Assembly (NCBI GenBank): GCA_026391805.1
Contig: JAPLDJ010000024.1
Span: forward strand, 170,014-234,013
Origin: Bacteroidota bacterium
GTDB taxonomy: Bacteria > Bacteroidota > Bacteroidia > Bacteroidales > FEN-979
Direction: 5' to 3'
Length of the DNA: 64,000 bases
Positions within the stretch are counted from its first letter, which is position 1. The number at the start of each line of letters is the position of its first letter. The notes under the pieces were generated by a model, which was not told the DNA's origin, did no database searches, and saw nothing but the letters and a program-made list of their open reading frames with translations. A program made the position numbers and the translations under genes. Below, piece by piece: positions 55,364-64,000 of the stretch.

Positions 55364-56020
55364 TTATTTAAATTCCTGGTTTTTTTTTCGCTTGAATTCA
55401 CCATCCCTCCAGGCCTTGATAAATTGTGCCCAGGCAAATGGATTGAAGATATTGAACGGCTGTTGCTGACCAAAATAGTACAGTTTGCTCGTCTGGTTCT
55501 CGATATAGCTGTTATAATTCATCTGGCCGTCCATCGGGTAAGTCAGGACGCGGAACATGATCTCGTCAGAATCAAGGTTTCGCCGTGCACGTTCAAGATC
55601 ATCATCCGGGGCTTTGGTATTGGCGAATGCATATTTGAAATCTTCCAGCGTCGGCCATGGAAAGATGATGGCAGCCGACAGCGTCAGCGTATCTCCTGTC
55701 ATAAGCTGGATGAGGGAATATCTTGATTTTGTAATGGTGTCGGGGATGATGAAGGAGGCCGGCTTGTATCCGAGGGCATTGAACAGGATCGTGTCATTCT
55801 TGTGAGCCACAAACGAAAAATAACCCAGGAGGTCACTGGTGGTGCCCCGGTTCGTGTTTTTGATCATGATCTTTGCGAAGGGAACTGCATTCAGGCTGTC
55901 GGAGGTGATCGTGATCCCTGAAAACTGGACAAGATTCCCGCTTTCCACCTGTGCCATAAGACCGTTGCTGATAAATAGAGTGAAGACGATCATCAGGGTT
56001 TCGGCGGCAACTTTCTTCAT
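55364..56020 (-). CDS. Carboxypeptidase-regulatory-like domain protein (secreted, function unknown)
   Basis: 218-aa ORF with a signal peptide and a CarboxypepD_reg-like segment (FSGITITSDSLNAVPFAKIMIKNTNRGTTSDLLGYFSF). It lies directly upstream of the TonB-dependent receptor gene. Confidence 0.6.
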   Translation of the reverse strand: MKKVAAETLMIVFTLFISNGLMAQVESGNLVQFSGITITSDSLNAVPFAKIMIKNTNRGTTSDLLGYFSFVAHKNDTILFNALGYKPASFIIPDTITKSRYSLIQLMTGDTLTLSAAIIFPWPTLEDFKYAFANTKAPDDDLERARRNLDSDEIMFRVLTYPMDGQMNYNSYIENQTSKLYYFGQQQPFNIFNPFAWAQFIKAWRDGEFKRKKNQEFK

Positions 56021-56102
56021 TGCAATGAAATTTCCGGGAAATATCTTTAAAAAGGATTAATCAAAAAACGAAAATAGTCTGTTTTTATTTCCTGTCAGGC
56101 AG

Positions 56103-56136
56103 ATAAAAAAAATGCTGTTACGAACGGTAACAGCAT
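56103..56136 (-). terminator. Rho-independent terminator of rpmB
   Basis: On the minus strand, ATGCTGTTAC-cgttc-GTAACAGCAT forms a perfect 10-bp stem followed by a T8 run. Confidence 0.8.
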
Positions 56137-56157
56137 CGGATATCATGACGGATCAGC

Positions 56158-56397
56158 TTACTTTGTAAGAAATCCCTTTTCGCGTGCTTCCTTCAGGCAG
56201 GCCGAGATTCCCTTCTTGTTGATGGTGCGTAAACCCTGTGCGGAAACCTTAAGGGTGATATACGTTCCATCTTCCGGGATGAAAAATTTCTTCGTCTGCA
56301 GGTTCGGATAAAATTTCCGCTTGGTCTTAATGTTGGAATGGGAAACGCTGTTTCCGCCCATTACTGCTTTACCGGTTATCTGGCATACTCTTGACAT
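56158..56397 (-). CDS. rpmB: 50S ribosomal protein L28
   Basis: 79-aa ORF reading MSRVCQITGKAVMGGNSVSHSNIKTKRKFYPNLQ, a canonical L28 N-terminus. Confidence 0.95.
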   Translation of the reverse strand: MSRVCQITGKAVMGGNSVSHSNIKTKRKFYPNLQTKKFFIPEDGTYITLKVSAQGLRTINKKGISACLKEAREKGFLTK

Positions 56398-56429
56398 GGT
56401 ACTTGAGGTATTAATTTTTAAACGGAGTG

Positions 56430-56460
56430 CAAAAGTAGAAAAAGTTTCCGATTATACAAA
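56430..56460 (-). promoter_or_regulatory. Bacteroidota-type promoter of rpmB (TTTG-N19-TACTTTTG)
   Basis: The minus strand reads TTTG tataatcggaaactttttc TACTTTTG. This matches both the -33 TTTG and -7 TAnnTTTG consensus elements with 19-nt spacing, 33 nt upstream of the ATG. Confidence 0.55.
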
Positions 56461-56476
56461 GTGTTTTATCAAATAT

Positions 56477-57745
56477 TTAGGACGACAGGTCCGACAGGAT
56501 CGTTTTACGCAGCAGGTTCAGCGCCTGCAGGGCAGATCTGCGGATGTTCCGTTCGCGGTTGTCGCCGAACAGGTACTTGTGAGCCCTGACGCCCGTTGGT
56601 CCTGCGATGGCGATCCAGACTGTTCCCACCGGTTTCTCTTCAGTGCCCCCGTCCGGTCCGGCAATTCCGGATATGGCAATGGAATAGCTGCTGTCAAATT
56701 TTCCCCGGATGTTCACGGCCATTTCTTTTACCACCTCTTCGCTCACAGCGCCATGCGCCATGAGCAGTGTTTCATTTACCCCCAGTTGTTTAGTCTTGAT
56801 CTCATTCGAATAGGCAATCACGCTTCCCTTGTACCAGGCCGAACTGCCGGGAATGCTCGTGATCAGGTGGGCAATGTACCCGCCGGTGCAGCTTTCAGCG
56901 GTGGTCACCGTGAACCCTTTCTCTTTCAGAAGGCTTCCCACAACAGCCTCGAGGGTTTCATCACCTTCCCCGAAGATATAATCAGGGATCAATGTTTTAA
57001 GCTTAGCGGTTTCTTCCTCCATCTGTTTCCTGAGAAGGAATTCATCATCGCCTTGTCCCGTAATTCTCAGCCTGACAATACCGGGTTGCGGAAGATAGGC
57101 CAGGTGAAGGTTTTCCGGCAACCGGGTTTCCCAGTCTTCAAGTTTGTCGGAAAGGAACGATTCGCCGATGCCCTGTGTCAGGATGGTGTGATGAAGCACA
57201 TTTAATGGCAGGAAGCAGGCTTTCAGACGCGGCAGCACTTCATGTGTAACCAATGCTTTCATCTCAAAAGGCACGCCCGGCATCGAGACAAAAACAGATT
57301 TTCTGTTCCTGCCTTCTCCGGCTTTCTCAAACCACATACCCGGGGCTGTTCCATTCGGATTCGGCAGCACGGTGCAGTTTTTCGGCACCTCGGCCTGTTT
57401 GCGGTTGATTTCAGTGACCTTCAGTCCCCTGGAGGAGAAAAATTGTTCGATGAACCTGAAGGTATCCTCGTGAAAAACCAGTTTTGTATTGAAGAACCTG
57501 CATAAAACATCCTTAGTCAGATCGTCCTTGGTAGGCCCGAGGCCTCCTGTTATAAGGATGATATCCGATTGCCGTCCGGCGAGATTAAGGGCTTCCATGA
57601 TCTGTTGCGGATCATCCGGAATCACCGAAATCCGGTGAACCGGGAACCCGGCAAGGCTCATCTGCTCGGCCATCCAGGCAGCGTTGGTATTCACTACCTG
57701 CCCGATCAGCAATTCATCACCAATGTTGATAATTTCGGTTTGCAC
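56477..57745 (-). CDS. cinA: CinA-family competence/damage-inducible protein (MoCF-binding domain + PncC-like NMN deamidase domain)
   Basis: 422-aa ORF. The N-terminus is IINIGDELLIGQVVNTNAAWMA, followed by ITGGLGPTKDDLT. The C-terminal domain has TAESCTGG, typical of CinA/PncC. Confidence 0.88.
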   Translation of the reverse strand: MQTEIINIGDELLIGQVVNTNAAWMAEQMSLAGFPVHRISVIPDDPQQIMEALNLAGRQSDIILITGGLGPTKDDLTKDVLCRFFNTKLVFHEDTFRFIEQFFSSRGLKVTEINRKQAEVPKNCTVLPNPNGTAPGMWFEKAGEGRNRKSVFVSMPGVPFEMKALVTHEVLPRLKACFLPLNVLHHTILTQGIGESFLSDKLEDWETRLPENLHLAYLPQPGIVRLRITGQGDDEFLLRKQMEEETAKLKTLIPDYIFGEGDETLEAVVGSLLKEKGFTVTTAESCTGGYIAHLITSIPGSSAWYKGSVIAYSNEIKTKQLGVNETLLMAHGAVSEEVVKEMAVNIRGKFDSSYSIAISGIAGPDGGTEEKPVGTVWIAIAGPTGVRAHKYLFGDNRERNIRRSALQALNLLRKTILSDLSS

Positions 57746-57848
57746 GATGCAAAATTACGTAAAATCCCTGACCTCCCGGCCGGTTCTTCATCCTTCCGGG
57801 CCGGATTCAGGCATTGATAAAATTCGTACTTTTGCAAAAAAATAACGA

Positions 57849-58730
57849 ATGCCTCCCATTAAAAATGCTGATCTCCTGATCAATCCTGACGGATCCATCT
57901 ACCACCTTGCCCTTAGACCTGAGCAGATTGCCGATACAGTGATCATCGTAGGCGATCCGGAACGGGTCACCGAGATCTCGCATCATTTTGATTCCATTGA
58001 ATGCAAAACACATAACCGCGAATTCATTACCCATACAGGACTGGTGAAAGGTAAAAGGATCTCTGTTCTTTCCACCGGGATCGGAACCGACAACATCGAT
58101 ATTGTAATGAATGAGCTGGATGCCCTGGCCAACATTAACCTCTCCGCACGTGAGATCAAACCTGATCATCGTGCCCTGACCATCATCCGCCTCGGAACCT
58201 CCGGCGCCATTCAGCCCGATGTTCCTGTGGGTGCGTTTGCCCTTTCTTCCTATGGATTGGGGCTCGACAACCTTATGCATTTTTATGCCAACGGCAAAGA
58301 CACCCTCGATCTCCCGATGGCAGATGCTTTCATGAAGCATACCGGCTGGAATGCCGATCTTTCAAGACCCTATTTTGTCAGGGGATCAGAAGAACTTGTG
58401 AAGAAATTCGAACGGGGAACCGTCAAAGGAATTACGGCCACGGCCCCCGGTTTTTATGGCCCCCAGGGAAGGATCCTGCGCATCGGGCTGGCTGATCCTG
58501 ACCTGAATGAAAAGATCCGGTCGTTTCGTTATAATGGTGAACGGATCATCAATTTTGAAATGGAAACCTCCGCCCTGTATGGCCTGGGACGGTTGCTGGG
58601 GCATCACATAATGACGGTTTGTGCATTGATCGCCAACCGGGCTACCAATGAAACTTCACCCGACCATAAAGCCCTCGTGCGGAAACTGATTGAATTCGTA
58701 CTGGAGAGGATTACGGATCAACAAAAATGA
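57849..58730 (+). CDS. Nucleoside phosphorylase, PNP/UDP family 1 (uridine phosphorylase-like)
   Basis: 293-aa ORF. Contexts (VIIVGDPERV, STGIGTDNIDIVMNEL, IRLGTSGA, FEMETSALY) fit the family. Confidence 0.75.
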   Translation: MPPIKNADLLINPDGSIYHLALRPEQIADTVIIVGDPERVTEISHHFDSIECKTHNREFITHTGLVKGKRISVLSTGIGTDNIDIVMNELDALANINLSAREIKPDHRALTIIRLGTSGAIQPDVPVGAFALSSYGLGLDNLMHFYANGKDTLDLPMADAFMKHTGWNADLSRPYFVRGSEELVKKFERGTVKGITATAPGFYGPQGRILRIGLADPDLNEKIRSFRYNGERIINFEMETSALYGLGRLLGHHIMTVCALIANRATNETSPDHKALVRKLIEFVLERITDQQK

Positions 58731-58762
58731 ACAATTAAAGTTATTAAGATATCGCCTGCTCA

Positions 58763-59632
58763 ATGGTCGTTTCGCCTGAAAATAAAGAATTGAATGCCCT
58801 TATCCACCTGCTCGACGAACCGGACGAGAAGGCCTATGATTCGATCCGCGAAAAGATCAATTCCTTCGGGAAAGAAGCGCTTCCATACCTTGAACGCGCA
58901 CTTGAAGTTTCCTTTGAGCCTTTCATTCATGAGCGGGCAGGAGAGATCATCCGCGACATTCAGCGGGGTGAACTGCATGCTGAATTTACAGCCTGGATCA
59001 ATTCCTCTTCTTCCGATCTTTTGAAAGGATACCTGCTGGTTACCCGGAGTCAGTACCCGGAGCTCAGCGAAGAATCGGTGACCATCCAGGTCGAGCAGAT
59101 GAAAATGGATGCCTGGCTTGAGCTGAACGACAACCTGACAGGACTTGAGAATGTCAAGGTGCTCAACCACATCTTTTACCATGTGCACAATTTCGACGGT
59201 AACAAGATCAACCTTTTTGCACCGCAAAATTTTTACCTCAACACATTTCTTGAAACCCGGAAAGGTAGCGCGCTTTCACTTGGAATGCTCTATATCATCA
59301 TCGCCCGGAAACTGAATATACCCATCTTTGGCGTCAACCTTCCGCAGCATTTCATCCTGGCCTATGTTTCAGAGTTTGCGGGAGAGCAACCGATCCTTGA
59401 TGACGTCCTTTTCTACATCAATCCGTTCAACAGGGGAGCGGTCTTTACAAAAAGGGAGATCGAACTGTTCATCCGCCAGCTGAAAATCACTCCGGATATG
59501 TCATTTTTTGCTCCCTGTTCCAACATTGATATCATCAAACGATTGATCAGCAACCTGATCCATAGCTATACCCAGCTTATATTGATATTGACAGTTACAA
59601 CGAGTTCAACCAGACAGGAAAGATCCCGATGA
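58763..59632 (+). CDS. Transglutaminase-like / SirB1 (UPF0162) family protein with a non-native C-terminal tail
   Basis: 289-aa ORF. The core (LNHIFYHVHNFDGN...RKGSALSLGMLYIIIARKLNIPIFGVNLPQHFIL) fits the family. The last ~20 aa (ILILTVTTSSTRQERSR) look like read-through into foreign sequence. Confidence 0.65.
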   Translation: MVVSPENKELNALIHLLDEPDEKAYDSIREKINSFGKEALPYLERALEVSFEPFIHERAGEIIRDIQRGELHAEFTAWINSSSSDLLKGYLLVTRSQYPELSEESVTIQVEQMKMDAWLELNDNLTGLENVKVLNHIFYHVHNFDGNKINLFAPQNFYLNTFLETRKGSALSLGMLYIIIARKLNIPIFGVNLPQHFILAYVSEFAGEQPILDDVLFYINPFNRGAVFTKREIELFIRQLKITPDMSFFAPCSNIDIIKRLISNLIHSYTQLILILTVTTSSTRQERSR

Positions 59633-60462
59633 CGCTGGATTCGGTGACAAATATATACGGGATCTCATTTGTTTTGAGCAACGGAACCGTTCCATGGGCG
59701 ACGATCGCAACCTTCGATTCCGTAAAGGCATGCTTCCAGCGAAATGATTTCGGTAAAGCATCCCTGTTCGCTGCAGACCTTGGTCATTATGTCGCCGACG
59801 GACATCAGCCGTTCCATATTACAAAGAATTACGACGGCCAATCCACTGGCCAGAACGGAATTCATTCACGTTATGAATCCCATATGATCGGGACCTACTC
59901 CAGCAGCATCGTCTATCCGGATGATACCGCGCAGTTCATCAGTGATGTGCCGGGGTATATTTTTACCTACCTATATTATAATTACCAGTATATCGACAGC
60001 GTTCTGCTGGCGGATCAATATGCTCAATCGGTTGCGGGAAACACAAATTCAACGGCTTATTACCAGGCCTTATGGACCCGCACCGGGGCGTTTACGACCG
60101 AATTGTTCAGGCGTGCTTCATATTCCCTGTCCAGCCTGATTTACACGGCATGGGTTCAGGCAGGAAAACCGGACGGGATCTCTGTCCTTTCACCGGATCC
60201 TCCGACACTCGGGCTGAATGTTCCGAACCCTTTTTCCGGCCGAACTACCATTCCACTGCAAATCAATTTAAACAACCAGAAGGTCATTTTAAAGGTTTAC
60301 GACAGTGCCGGGAAAATTGTAGCAACACTTGTGGATGGCAGAATGAATAAAGGAACTCACCAGGTGACCTGGGATGCATCGGGTTATCCGGCCGGTGTCT
60401 ATTATTATGTTCTTCACTCGGGAGATTCGGCTCTCTCGCGCAAAATGATTTTGGTTAAATGA
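59566..60462 (+). pseudogene. 5'-truncated zinc-dependent phospholipase C / S1-P1 nuclease-like gene with an intact T9SS sorting domain
   Basis: The frame opens only at 59566 (after a TAG) and reads ...AYIDIDSYNEF...GTVPW...LGHYVADGHQPFHITKNYDGQSTGQNGIHSRYES... The CTD reads NVPNPFSGRTTI...GVYYYVLHSGDSALSRKMILVK. There is no signal peptide and no N-terminal metal-ligand region. The first ATG is at 59629. Confidence 0.5.
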
Positions 60463-60463
60463 A

Positions 60464-61057
60464 TCAGGGGTTGCTGAAGATTTTCCTTACCGTCAGTCCG
60501 ATAACCTTGAAATAGTTCCCAAGGCCCGGATCCTGCATGAATTTCCGGTTCAGTTCCAGTTTGGCAGGCATGATCTCCTCGATGTAGATTTTTTCAGGAT
60601 CGGCGGCACGACCAAGAATTTCATTCTCGTCAATGTATTCCACGGATGCAAAATCGGTGATCCCCGGGCGCCGGCTGAGTACCTTTTTTTGTTCCGCCGT
60701 ATAGAGTTCGACATATTTTCTCAGTTCCGGTCGCGGACCGACAATACTCATCTCTCCTTTTAATACATTTATCAGTTGCGGAAGCTCATCCAGCTTCATC
60801 TTCCGAAGGAAGACTCCTATCCTGGTGATCCTGGGATCTTTGTCTCCGATGGTCAGGCCTCCGTGTTTGAACGCGCCGGTGTGCATCGACCTGAATTTAA
60901 TCAGCCGGAAATCCCTGTTGTCCTTACCGACCCTCGTCTGAAGGTAGAAAATTCCTCCCCTCGAATCCATTGCAACGGCCAGGGCAATCAGGAGCAGCAG
61001 GGGTGAAAGAAGGATCAGCCCTAAGAATGAAAACAGCAGATCGAAAAACCGGATCAT
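60464..61057 (-). CDS. Monotopic phosphoglycosyl (sugar) transferase, PglC/WbaP C-terminal-domain family
   Basis: 197-aa ORF with one N-terminal hydrophobic helix and the bacterial sugar-transferase motifs ([38 protein letters not shown]). Confidence 0.85.
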   Translation of the reverse strand: MIRFFDLLFSFLGLILLSPLLLLIALAVAMDSRGGIFYLQTRVGKDNRDFRLIKFRSMHTGAFKHGGLTIGDKDPRITRIGVFLRKMKLDELPQLINVLKGEMSIVGPRPELRKYVELYTAEQKKVLSRRPGITDFASVEYIDENEILGRAADPEKIYIEEIMPAKLELNRKFMQDPGLGNYFKVIGLTVRKIFSNP

Positions 61058-61098
61058 TGAATTGATAAAAAACAGGTATGTTGTTCCCGAAGAATTTT

Positions 61099-62325
61099 TT
61101 AGCTTATTATTTTCCCTACGGATTTAACGACGGCCTCCATAACAGTCTGAACCATTTCATCGGTGAGGTCATAATAGACCGGAAGCGTTATCACACGTGA
61201 ATAATTGTCGTACGCAACCGGATAATCGGCCATGTTATAGCCGCAGTTCTTATAATAGGTCATCATCGGCAGCGGAACAAAATGAACATTCACCGATACC
61301 TCCCTGCTGAAGATTTCCCGGATGATGGCATCCCGCTGTTCTTCCGTAATTCCCTTCACGCGTAACAGGAAAACATGGTAAGATGATTTCCTGTCACTGG
61401 TTTCATAAACAGGCACCTGCGCCCATTCGTAAGCAGAAAGCGCCTTTGCATAAGCATCGAAGATCTGTTTCCTGCGGACCATCATGTCGTTGTCGTAGCG
61501 CTCCAGTTCCACAAGGCCCATGGCGGCCTGGATATCGGTCATGTTGTATTTGTAGCCGGGCTCGATGATGTCGTAGCGCCAGCTTCCTGCCTGGTTCTTG
61601 GCCAGGGCATCTTTCGTCTGGCCATGCAGTGATTTAATGTTCAACTCCTGGTAAACCTTAAGGTTGTCAAAAGGTTCCGGAAGGTTCAGGCAGACGGCTC
61701 CGCCTTCAGCGGTGGTCAGGTTCTTAACGGCATGGAATGAAAAAACGGTTGCTTCGCAGAGGTTTCCAGCTCTTTTGCCGTCGTACCATGCCCCAACGGA
61801 ATGAGCGGCATCCGAGAGGATAAGGATGTGCCCAAGCATTTCCTGTTCTGCCGATACGGCCCCAAACATATTTTTTATTTCAGGACGACTGACCAGGTCC
61901 AGGATGGCTTTGTAATCGCAGGGATAGCCGGCAATGTCGACCGGAATAATGACCTTGGTCCGTTTCGTTATCGCGCTTTCAATTGCTTTAACCGATACCG
62001 TGAAATCTTCGTCCGAATCCACAAAAACCACCTTCGCGCCGCAATGTTCCACCACGTTGGCGGTGGCTGCATAGGTATAGGCAGGAACGATCACTTCGTC
62101 GCCTTCCTTCACCCCGAACCAGCGAAGCATCAGCTCCAGTCCCGCTGTGGCTGAATTTACACACAGCGTCGCCCGGTTCCCTGCAAATTCAGTTAGGTTT
62201 TTCTCGAAAAGCTTTGTCTTCGGCCCGGTCGTGATCCACCCCGAACGCAGGGTTTCGTTCACCGCGTCGATGATCTTTTGGTCGATCCTGGGAGGGGAAA
62301 ATGGAATCATGCTTTTATCTTTCAC
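61099..62325 (-). CDS. DegT/DnrJ/EryC1/StrS-family PLP-dependent sugar aminotransferase
   Basis: 408-aa ORF with the family pattern (FEKNLTEFAGN...VIVPAYTYAATANV...DAAHSVGA...SFHAVKNLTTAEGGA). Confidence 0.85.
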   Translation of the reverse strand: MKDKSMIPFSPPRIDQKIIDAVNETLRSGWITTGPKTKLFEKNLTEFAGNRATLCVNSATAGLELMLRWFGVKEGDEVIVPAYTYAATANVVEHCGAKVVFVDSDEDFTVSVKAIESAITKRTKVIIPVDIAGYPCDYKAILDLVSRPEIKNMFGAVSAEQEMLGHILILSDAAHSVGAWYDGKRAGNLCEATVFSFHAVKNLTTAEGGAVCLNLPEPFDNLKVYQELNIKSLHGQTKDALAKNQAGSWRYDIIEPGYKYNMTDIQAAMGLVELERYDNDMMVRRKQIFDAYAKALSAYEWAQVPVYETSDRKSSYHVFLLRVKGITEEQRDAIIREIFSREVSVNVHFVPLPMMTYYKNCGYNMADYPVAYDNYSRVITLPVYYDLTDEMVQTVMEAVVKSVGKIIS

Positions 62326-62341
62326 TTCACCCCCCGGTCCC

Positions 62342-62361
62342 CCTGCCTGCCGGCAGGCAGG
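62342..62361. repeat. Perfect 20-bp palindrome CCTGCCTGCCGGCAGGCAGG downstream of purC
   Basis: Read directly. It is followed by a second small hairpin (TCTCC-tgaa-GGAGA). No T-run is present, so terminator function is uncertain. Confidence 0.6.
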
Positions 62362-62403
62362 CTCTCCTGAAGGAGAAGGGGTGCAAAGGGAGAGCGTTTA
62401 ATT

Positions 62404-63351
62404 TTATTTCAATGCAAGAAAAGCGTTTATATTGTTTTCAATCCGTTTCAGGATATCCCCGGCTTCTGCCTTGATGAACTTTTCCCCGATGATATTTTCG
62501 TAGAGTTCGATGTAACGGTCGGAGATCTGGCTGACCCACTCCTCCGACATTTCCGGGACCTGCTGCCCGGCCTGGCCCTGGAAACCATTTGCCATCAGCC
62601 ATTCACGGACAAACTCTTTTGAGAGCTGTTTCTGCTGCTCGCCTTTTGCCTGCCGTTCCTCATATCCGTTCAGGTAGAAATACCTTGAGGAGTCGGGCGT
62701 ATGGATCTCATCGATCAGGAATATTTTCCCGTCGGCTTTTCCGAACTCATATTTCGTATCCACGAGGATAAGCCCTTTCTGTGCTGCCATCTCGGTTCCC
62801 CGCTTGAACAGGCCCAGGGTAAATTTCTCCATGATCCCGTAATCTTCTTTTGATACCAGCCCGGAAGAAATGATTTCCTCCTTTGAGATATCCTCATCAT
62901 GTCCTTCAACGGCTTTGGTCGTAGGAGTGACAATGGGTTCGGTGAACCGCTGGTGTTCCTTCATCCCATCAGGAATTTGAACCCCGCAGATCTCGCGTTT
63001 TCCGCTCTTATAACTTCTCCAGGAACTGCCGGTCAGGTAACCCCTGATGATCATTTCCACCGGAAAAGGTTTGCAGTACCGCCCGATCGTCACCATCGGA
63101 TCCGGTGAGGCGATTTTCCAGTTCGGGCAGATATCGGCCGTTGCGTCTAGGAAACGTGAAGCGATCTGGTTCAGAACCTGGCCCTTGTAAGGAATTCCTT
63201 TCGGCAACACGACATCGAACGCCGAAATGCGGTCGGTCGCCACCATGATAAGGAATTTATCTTCGATGGTATAAACATCCCTGACTTTACCAACATATTT
63301 GTTTTTCAGCCCGGGAAATGTGAAATCTGTTTTTACAATCACGTTTGCCAT
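62404..63351 (-). CDS. purC: Phosphoribosylaminoimidazole-succinocarboxamide (SAICAR) synthase
   Basis: 315-aa ORF of the long PurC type (GKVRDVY..., [31 protein letters not shown]). Confidence 0.9.
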   Translation of the reverse strand: MANVIVKTDFTFPGLKNKYVGKVRDVYTIEDKFLIMVATDRISAFDVVLPKGIPYKGQVLNQIASRFLDATADICPNWKIASPDPMVTIGRYCKPFPVEMIIRGYLTGSSWRSYKSGKREICGVQIPDGMKEHQRFTEPIVTPTTKAVEGHDEDISKEEIISSGLVSKEDYGIMEKFTLGLFKRGTEMAAQKGLILVDTKYEFGKADGKIFLIDEIHTPDSSRYFYLNGYEERQAKGEQQKQLSKEFVREWLMANGFQGQAGQQVPEMSEEWVSQISDRYIELYENIIGEKFIKAEAGDILKRIENNINAFLALK

Positions 63352-63396
63352 ATCTTACCTTTTTTTGACAAAAATATAAAAGATTCTCGCTTTTCG

Positions 63397-64000
63397 CTAT
63401 TTCGCTTCTTTCTCGTACGCTTCAATAACCTTAATAACCAATTTATGTCGGATAATGTCTCTGTGATCGAGGTACACAAACCCGATCCCGGGAATGCCGT
63501 TCAGGATTTTCTGGGAATGGACCAGGCCTGAGGTCTGTTGTTTCGGAAGGTCGATCTGGGTGATGTCGCCGGTAACGATGAATTTTGCGGCTGTTCCCAT
63601 GCGGGTGAGGAACATCTTCAATTGGTTTGGCGTTGTATTTTGCGCTTCATCGAGAATCGCGAAGGCGTTGTTCAGTGTCCGTCCGCGCATGAAGGCAAGC
63701 GGTGCGATCTCGATCGTTCCGTCTTCAATGTAAGAGAGAAGCTTTTGCGGGGGAAGCATGTCTTTTAGTGCATCGTACAAAGGCTGAAGATAAGGGTCCA
63801 GCTTTTCCTTCAGGTCGCCCGGAAGAAACCCGAGATTTTCACCTGCCTCCACGGCCGGGCGCGTCAGGATGATGCGCTGGATCTCTTTATTTTTCAGTGC
63901 ACGAACTGCAAGGGCGACAGCTGTATAAGTCTTACCGGTACCGGCGGGACCGATGGCAAAGACCAGGTCATTCTCCCCGACGCTTTTCACAAGGCTGACC
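63397..64000 (-). CDS. phoH: PhoH-family ATPase; 5' end beyond the window
   Basis: The frame stays open to the window edge. It has Walker A ([16 protein letters not shown]), [19 protein letters not shown] and ILDEAQN, all typical of PhoH. Confidence 0.88.
   Translation of the reverse strand, partial: VSLVKSVGENDLVFAIGPAGTGKTYTAVALAVRALKNKEIQRIILTRPAVEAGENLGFLPGDLKEKLDPYLQPLYDALKDMLPPQKLLSYIEDGTIEIAPLAFMRGRTLNNAFAILDEAQNTTPNQLKMFLTRMGTAAKFIVTGDITQIDLPKQQTSGLVHSQKILNGIPGIGFVYLDHRDIIRHKLVIKVIEAYEKEAK

Noticed and set aside
62330-62400. Treating the 20-bp perfect palindrome after purC as a rho-independent terminator
   Set aside because: No T-run follows it on the purC (minus) strand. It is reported only as a palindrome/hairpin.

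Overview
This window looks like a Bacteroidota chromosome segment. The evidence is a SusC/SusD pair, several TonB-dependent receptors, eight proteins ending in T9SS type-A sorting domains, and TAnnTTTG-type -7 promoter boxes. Most of it is housekeeping: kpsF, recQ, deoC, iorAB, hisS, hutH, ettA, an LptF/G-family permease, ccmBCDE, a UbiD-family decarboxylase, rocD, rpmB, cinA, purC and phoH. I saw no transposase, integrase, CRISPR array, tRNA or rRNA.

Five things stand out:
1. A 12-kb tandem array (31713-43903) holds six diverged, mosaic paralogs. Each encodes a ~620-aa secreted Asp-box (BNR-like) repeat protein with its own signal peptide and T9SS sorting domain. Three of them carry a conserved long inverted-repeat element at the 3' end.
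2. A same-strand gene run reads iorA-iorB, then a serine-palmitoyltransferase-like alpha-oxoamine synthase, a GNAT-like acyltransferase, an NAD-dependent epimerase-family reductase, and a second GNAT-like acyltransferase. This mirrors the bacterial Spt/bCerS/CerR ceramide logic but with a duplicated acyltransferase. A third, distant paralog lies 15 kb away.
3. A family of drifting short-period tandem repeats, mostly 7 bp, occupies at least seven intergenic spacers.
4. One related copy of that repeat family sits in-frame inside hisS as five 21-bp units, adding roughly 30 aa of heptad-like sequence.
5. Smaller oddities: a histidine ammonia-lyase with Ala-Cys-Gly instead of Ala-Ser-Gly at the MIO position; a CcmE with CxxxY instead of HxxxY in a ccm cluster lacking ccmA and ccmF; and an apparent deletion junction fusing a 3'-altered transglutaminase-like gene to a 5'-truncated T9SS zinc-phospholipase-C/S1-P1-like gene.

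All functional calls rest on reading the translated ORFs by eye. No database search was possible.
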